A program made the translations under genes and the position numbers. Below, in pieces: positions 61,242 through 64,000 of a DNA stretch of 64,000 bases. Numbering within the stretch: the first letter of the stretch is position 1; the number at the start of each line of letters is the position of its first letter. Origin of the DNA: Rhodothermales bacterium (GTDB lineage: Bacteria; Bacteroidota; Rhodothermia; Rhodothermales; UBA10348); assembly GCA_028284865.1 (NCBI GenBank), contig JANQQV010000004.1, forward strand, positions 5,467 to 69,466, written 5' to 3'. The notes below the pieces were generated by a model. The model saw only the letters and a program-made list of their open reading frames with translations, did no database searches and was not told where the DNA came from.

Positions 61242-62441
61242 ATGACTTCGTACAAAGGTACCATCGGCATCCTGACTGGCGGCGGCGACGTTCCTGGTCT
61301 CAACCCCGCAATCCGTGCTGTCACCATTCGAGCCATTCGAGAAGGCTATCGTGTCATCGGTATCCGGAGAGGCTGGGCTGGCTTGGTTGAAATCATCCGG
61401 GAAGAGGATGCGGACAACAGTCACTGTTTCCTGACTTTGACAGAAGACGTGGTGAATCGTGCCGGTCGAACCGGGGGGACATTCCTGCATTCGTCGCGGA
61501 CGCGTCCCAGTCACCTTCCGAAGGCCATGGTGCCGGAGCATCTGAAGGAGACGTACACCGACGAAATCAACGACATGACTCCAGACATCCTGAAGAACAT
61601 CGAGTTCATCGGGCTGGATTATCTGATTCCCATCGGTGGTGACGACACGCTCAGCTATGGGCACCGTCTCTACAAGGAAAGCGTGAAGGTGATCGCCATT
61701 CCAAAAACGATGGATAACGATGTACCAGGTACCGACTACTGCATCGGTTTCGGTACCTGCGTGACCCGGACGATCGAACTGGCCCACACGCTGCGTACAT
61801 CTGCGGGCTCGCACGAGCGCTTCCTGGTCATCGAGGTATTCGGTCGCTATGCCGGTTTCTCGGCGTTGCTTCCAACGATGGCCGGCGCGGCAGATCGATG
61901 CGTGATTCCCGAACATGCGTTCGATCCGGAGCACTTGACCGAGATCCTCACGTACGACCGCAACCGGCACCCGAGCAAGTACGCAGTGGTGCTGGTATCA
62001 GAAGGAGCAGCCATGGCGCATCACGACGGCATGTCATTCGAAGGCGATGAAGCCGATCAGTACGGCCACAAGAAACTGGGCGGTATCGGGGACAAGGTTG
62101 CTGCCGATCTGAAGCGCCTTTCGCCGAAGTACAATGCTGGCAAGCGTATCAACGTGGTCAATCAGAGACTGGGTTACCTCGTCCGATGTGGGGACCCGGA
62201 TGCGCTGGACTCCATCGTTCCAATGGCATTCGGCAACCTGGCGCTCGATCTGATCCTGAATCGCTCGAACGGTCGATTGGTCAGCGTTCGCAACGGGACG
62301 TACGACAATGTGCCCCTGGACGTCGTGGTCGGTACCAAGAAAGTGGTCGACGTGGCGAAGTACTACAATGCCGAGCGATTCCGCCCCTTCTATAATTCGT
62401 TTGCACAGCGCCCGACGTTCATCATGACGTCAGACGTCTAG
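61242..62441 (+). CDS. pfp: 6-phosphofructokinase, probably pyrophosphate-dependent
   Basis: Contains GILTGGGDVPGLN, IGGDDT and PKTMDNDV. Asp in GGDDT and Lys in PKT are the residues associated with PPi rather than ATP use. ATG 61242 is preferred over the track start at 61140. Confidence 0.85.
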   Translation: MTSYKGTIGILTGGGDVPGLNPAIRAVTIRAIREGYRVIGIRRGWAGLVEIIREEDADNSHCFLTLTEDVVNRAGRTGGTFLHSSRTRPSHLPKAMVPEHLKETYTDEINDMTPDILKNIEFIGLDYLIPIGGDDTLSYGHRLYKESVKVIAIPKTMDNDVPGTDYCIGFGTCVTRTIELAHTLRTSAGSHERFLVIEVFGRYAGFSALLPTMAGAADRCVIPEHAFDPEHLTEILTYDRNRHPSKYAVVLVSEGAAMAHHDGMSFEGDEADQYGHKKLGGIGDKVAADLKRLSPKYNAGKRINVVNQRLGYLVRCGDPDALDSIVPMAFGNLALDLILNRSNGRLVSVRNGTYDNVPLDVVVGTKKVVDVAKYYNAERFRPFYNSFAQRPTFIMTSDV

Positions 62442-62450
62442 GCGATTGCG

Positions 62451-64000
62451 TCAGATCGAGAGTGCGCCTGACCGGTCGTCCGAGTAGCGGCCGGTCAGCC
62501 ATGTGGCCAGACCGATCAGGATCATCAGGAAGACCGAGTACGCTGCGGCGGCTCCAAAGTCGTACAGGCGCAGCTGCGACAGGATTTCGACCGAGATGGG
62601 CCGGTTGTCGAACACGTAGAGCAGGATCGAGGAGACGAATTCTCCCAACGCTGTGACAAACGTCAACAAACTCCCCGCCAGGATTCCTGGCAGGATGGAG
62701 GGGAGCATGACCTGGCGGAAGGTGCGCCAACGCGAGGCTCCGAGATCGATGGAGGCGTCCGTCAATCGGTCATCATAGGTTTCCAGCGCTGCAATCGTGG
62801 AGCGGACGACCAGTGGAATGTGTCGGATGAAGTAGGCCAGGGGAAGTAGCCAGAACGTTCCCACCAGAATGGCACCACCAGAAAGGGCGGATGGCTCGCT
62901 GAAGGTGATGATCAGATTGATAGCGATGACCGTTCCTGGAATCGCGAACGGCAGCACCGATAGGAGCCGGATCAATCCCCGGCCCCGCATGCGCCCCTTG
63001 ACGATCAAAACCGCGACCATAACGCCAAACAGGATATTCGCCACCGATGCCAATGCGGCCATGCGCAGCGAATTGAGGATCGGCTGGGCGACGTCTGGCT
63101 GACGCAGCAGGTTCAGGTAGTTCTCCAGCGTATAGGCCTGAGGCAGGACCTGATAGGTCCAGCTGCCCTCTTTTACGAACGAGATCAGGATGACCGTCAA
63201 CACGGGCAGGGCGAGGAAGACGATGATTGCGCCGGCTCCCAGCAGGGCAACCACGCGACCTGGGCCCGAAGACACCGGGCTGGGAGCCGGAGCCGAACCC
63301 TTGGAAGCCGTTGACACGCGTCCGCTTCTTCGCTCCAATTCAATGAGCAACAGGAAGACCAGGCAGATGATGGTCAACACAACAGACACGGCAGCCGAAT
63401 ACGTCAGGTTGCCGTTCATCTTGTAGTTGTAAATCTGCAGGGTCAGGAAATTCTCCGTCCCGGCAAACAGCAGCGGAGCTGTAAAGGAGGCCATGGAGAT
63501 CATGAACACCAACAGCGAAGCGCTGACCATTGAAGGGCGCAGGTGGGGGAGGATGACCGTCCGGAAGGACCGCCAGGGCCCCGCGCCCATGTCTGAAGCC
63601 GCCTCCAACAGGCTCTGGTCCACCGTTTTCAGGGACGCTGCGCAGAAGAGGTAATAGAACACGTACATCGAGTAGACGTGAACCAGCCATACGGCCCACA
63701 GTCCCGAGAAAGAGAAGGGGACCTCCTCGAGACCAAAGAGCATCTGGATTCCCCGCGGCAGAATGCCACTCTCTCCGTACAAAAACAGGAAGGCCAACAC
63801 ACCCACGAGAGGTGGAAGCGCCAGCGGAAGCGCGGCCAGTGACGAAAGGGTCCGCTTGAGCGGAAAGTCATAGCGGAAAAGCAGCCAGGCCATGGCTGTC
63901 CCGAGAAATCCTGCGCCGACGACCGTCCAGACCGATATCCAGACCGAGTTGAACAGGGCGCGTGTGTTGGCCGAGTTGATCGAACTGAAAATGTCACGAA
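62451..64000 (-). CDS. Two-module ABC transporter permease (FbpB/ThiP-like iron(III)/thiamine-type), 5' end beyond window
   Basis: Polytopic protein with two EAA-like loops (EAASDMGAGPW..F, TDASIDLGASRW..F). The frame stays open upstream of ATG 63893 to the window edge and encodes ...ALFNSVWISVWTVVGAGFLGTA, so the gene continues off-window. Confidence 0.8.
   Translation of the reverse strand, partial: RDIFSSINSANTRALFNSVWISVWTVVGAGFLGTAMAWLLFRYDFPLKRTLSSLAALPLALPPLVGVLAFLFLYGESGILPRGIQMLFGLEEVPFSFSGLWAVWLVHVYSMYVFYYLFCAASLKTVDQSLLEAASDMGAGPWRSFRTVILPHLRPSMVSASLLVFMISMASFTAPLLFAGTENFLTLQIYNYKMNGNLTYSAAVSVVLTIICLVFLLLIELERRSGRVSTASKGSAPAPSPVSSGPGRVVALLGAGAIIVFLALPVLTVILISFVKEGSWTYQVLPQAYTLENYLNLLRQPDVAQPILNSLRMAALASVANILFGVMVAVLIVKGRMRGRGLIRLLSVLPFAIPGTVIAINLIITFSEPSALSGGAILVGTFWLLPLAYFIRHIPLVVRSTIAALETYDDRLTDASIDLGASRWRTFRQVMLPSILPGILAGSLLTFVTALGEFVSSILLYVFDNRPISVEILSQLRLYDFGAAAAYSVFLMILIGLATWLTGRYSDDRSGALSI

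Overview
This window is mostly core chromosome from a moderately GC-rich bacterium. I place it in the Bacteroidota/Rhodothermota lineage by inference only. The basis is a giant SprA type IX secretion (T9SS) translocon gene, three proteins ending in T9SS sorting domains (YPNPF... C-termini), and an alternative complex III (ACIII) operon fused to a caa3 oxidase operon. Coding density is very high, and about 55 genes can be supported.

Gene content, in order along the window:
- purL (5' end off-window), trxA, trxB
- proline dehydrogenase, a PLP-dependent trans-sulfuration enzyme
- fabF-acpP, metK
- a 1353-aa M36-like T9SS metalloprotease
- 7Fe ferredoxin, a DUF2752-like/TM2 pair, a PQQ-type sugar dehydrogenase
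- two paralogous T9SS HExxH proteins flanking a small lipoprotein gene
- msrB-msrA, a 7-repeat beta-propeller, an ABC-F ATPase
- a polyprenyl-phosphate glycosylphosphotransferase (PGT), a thioesterase, accA
- a GT2 glycosyltransferase fused to a degenerate PGT-like scaffold, a MATE exporter
- a 13-kb actABCDEF / small ORF / SCO1 / caa3 (II, I, III, IV) respiratory supra-operon
- metF, ybeY, lipB, sprA (7.8 kb), a likely PPi-dependent phosphofructokinase, and an ABC permease that runs off the 3' edge

I found no rRNA, tRNA, CRISPR array, transposase, integrase, phage gene or recognisable defence gene. I cannot point to a convincing new multi-gene system. The observations most worth a second look are:
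1. The SCO1 gene's signal/anchor peptide has no canonical start codon. It sits in the same frame as the upstream small ORF, separated only by a TAG.
2. The protease / lipoprotein / protease triad.
3. The GT2 fusion to a catalytically gutted PGT module.

All family calls come from motif recognition by eye. No searches were run.
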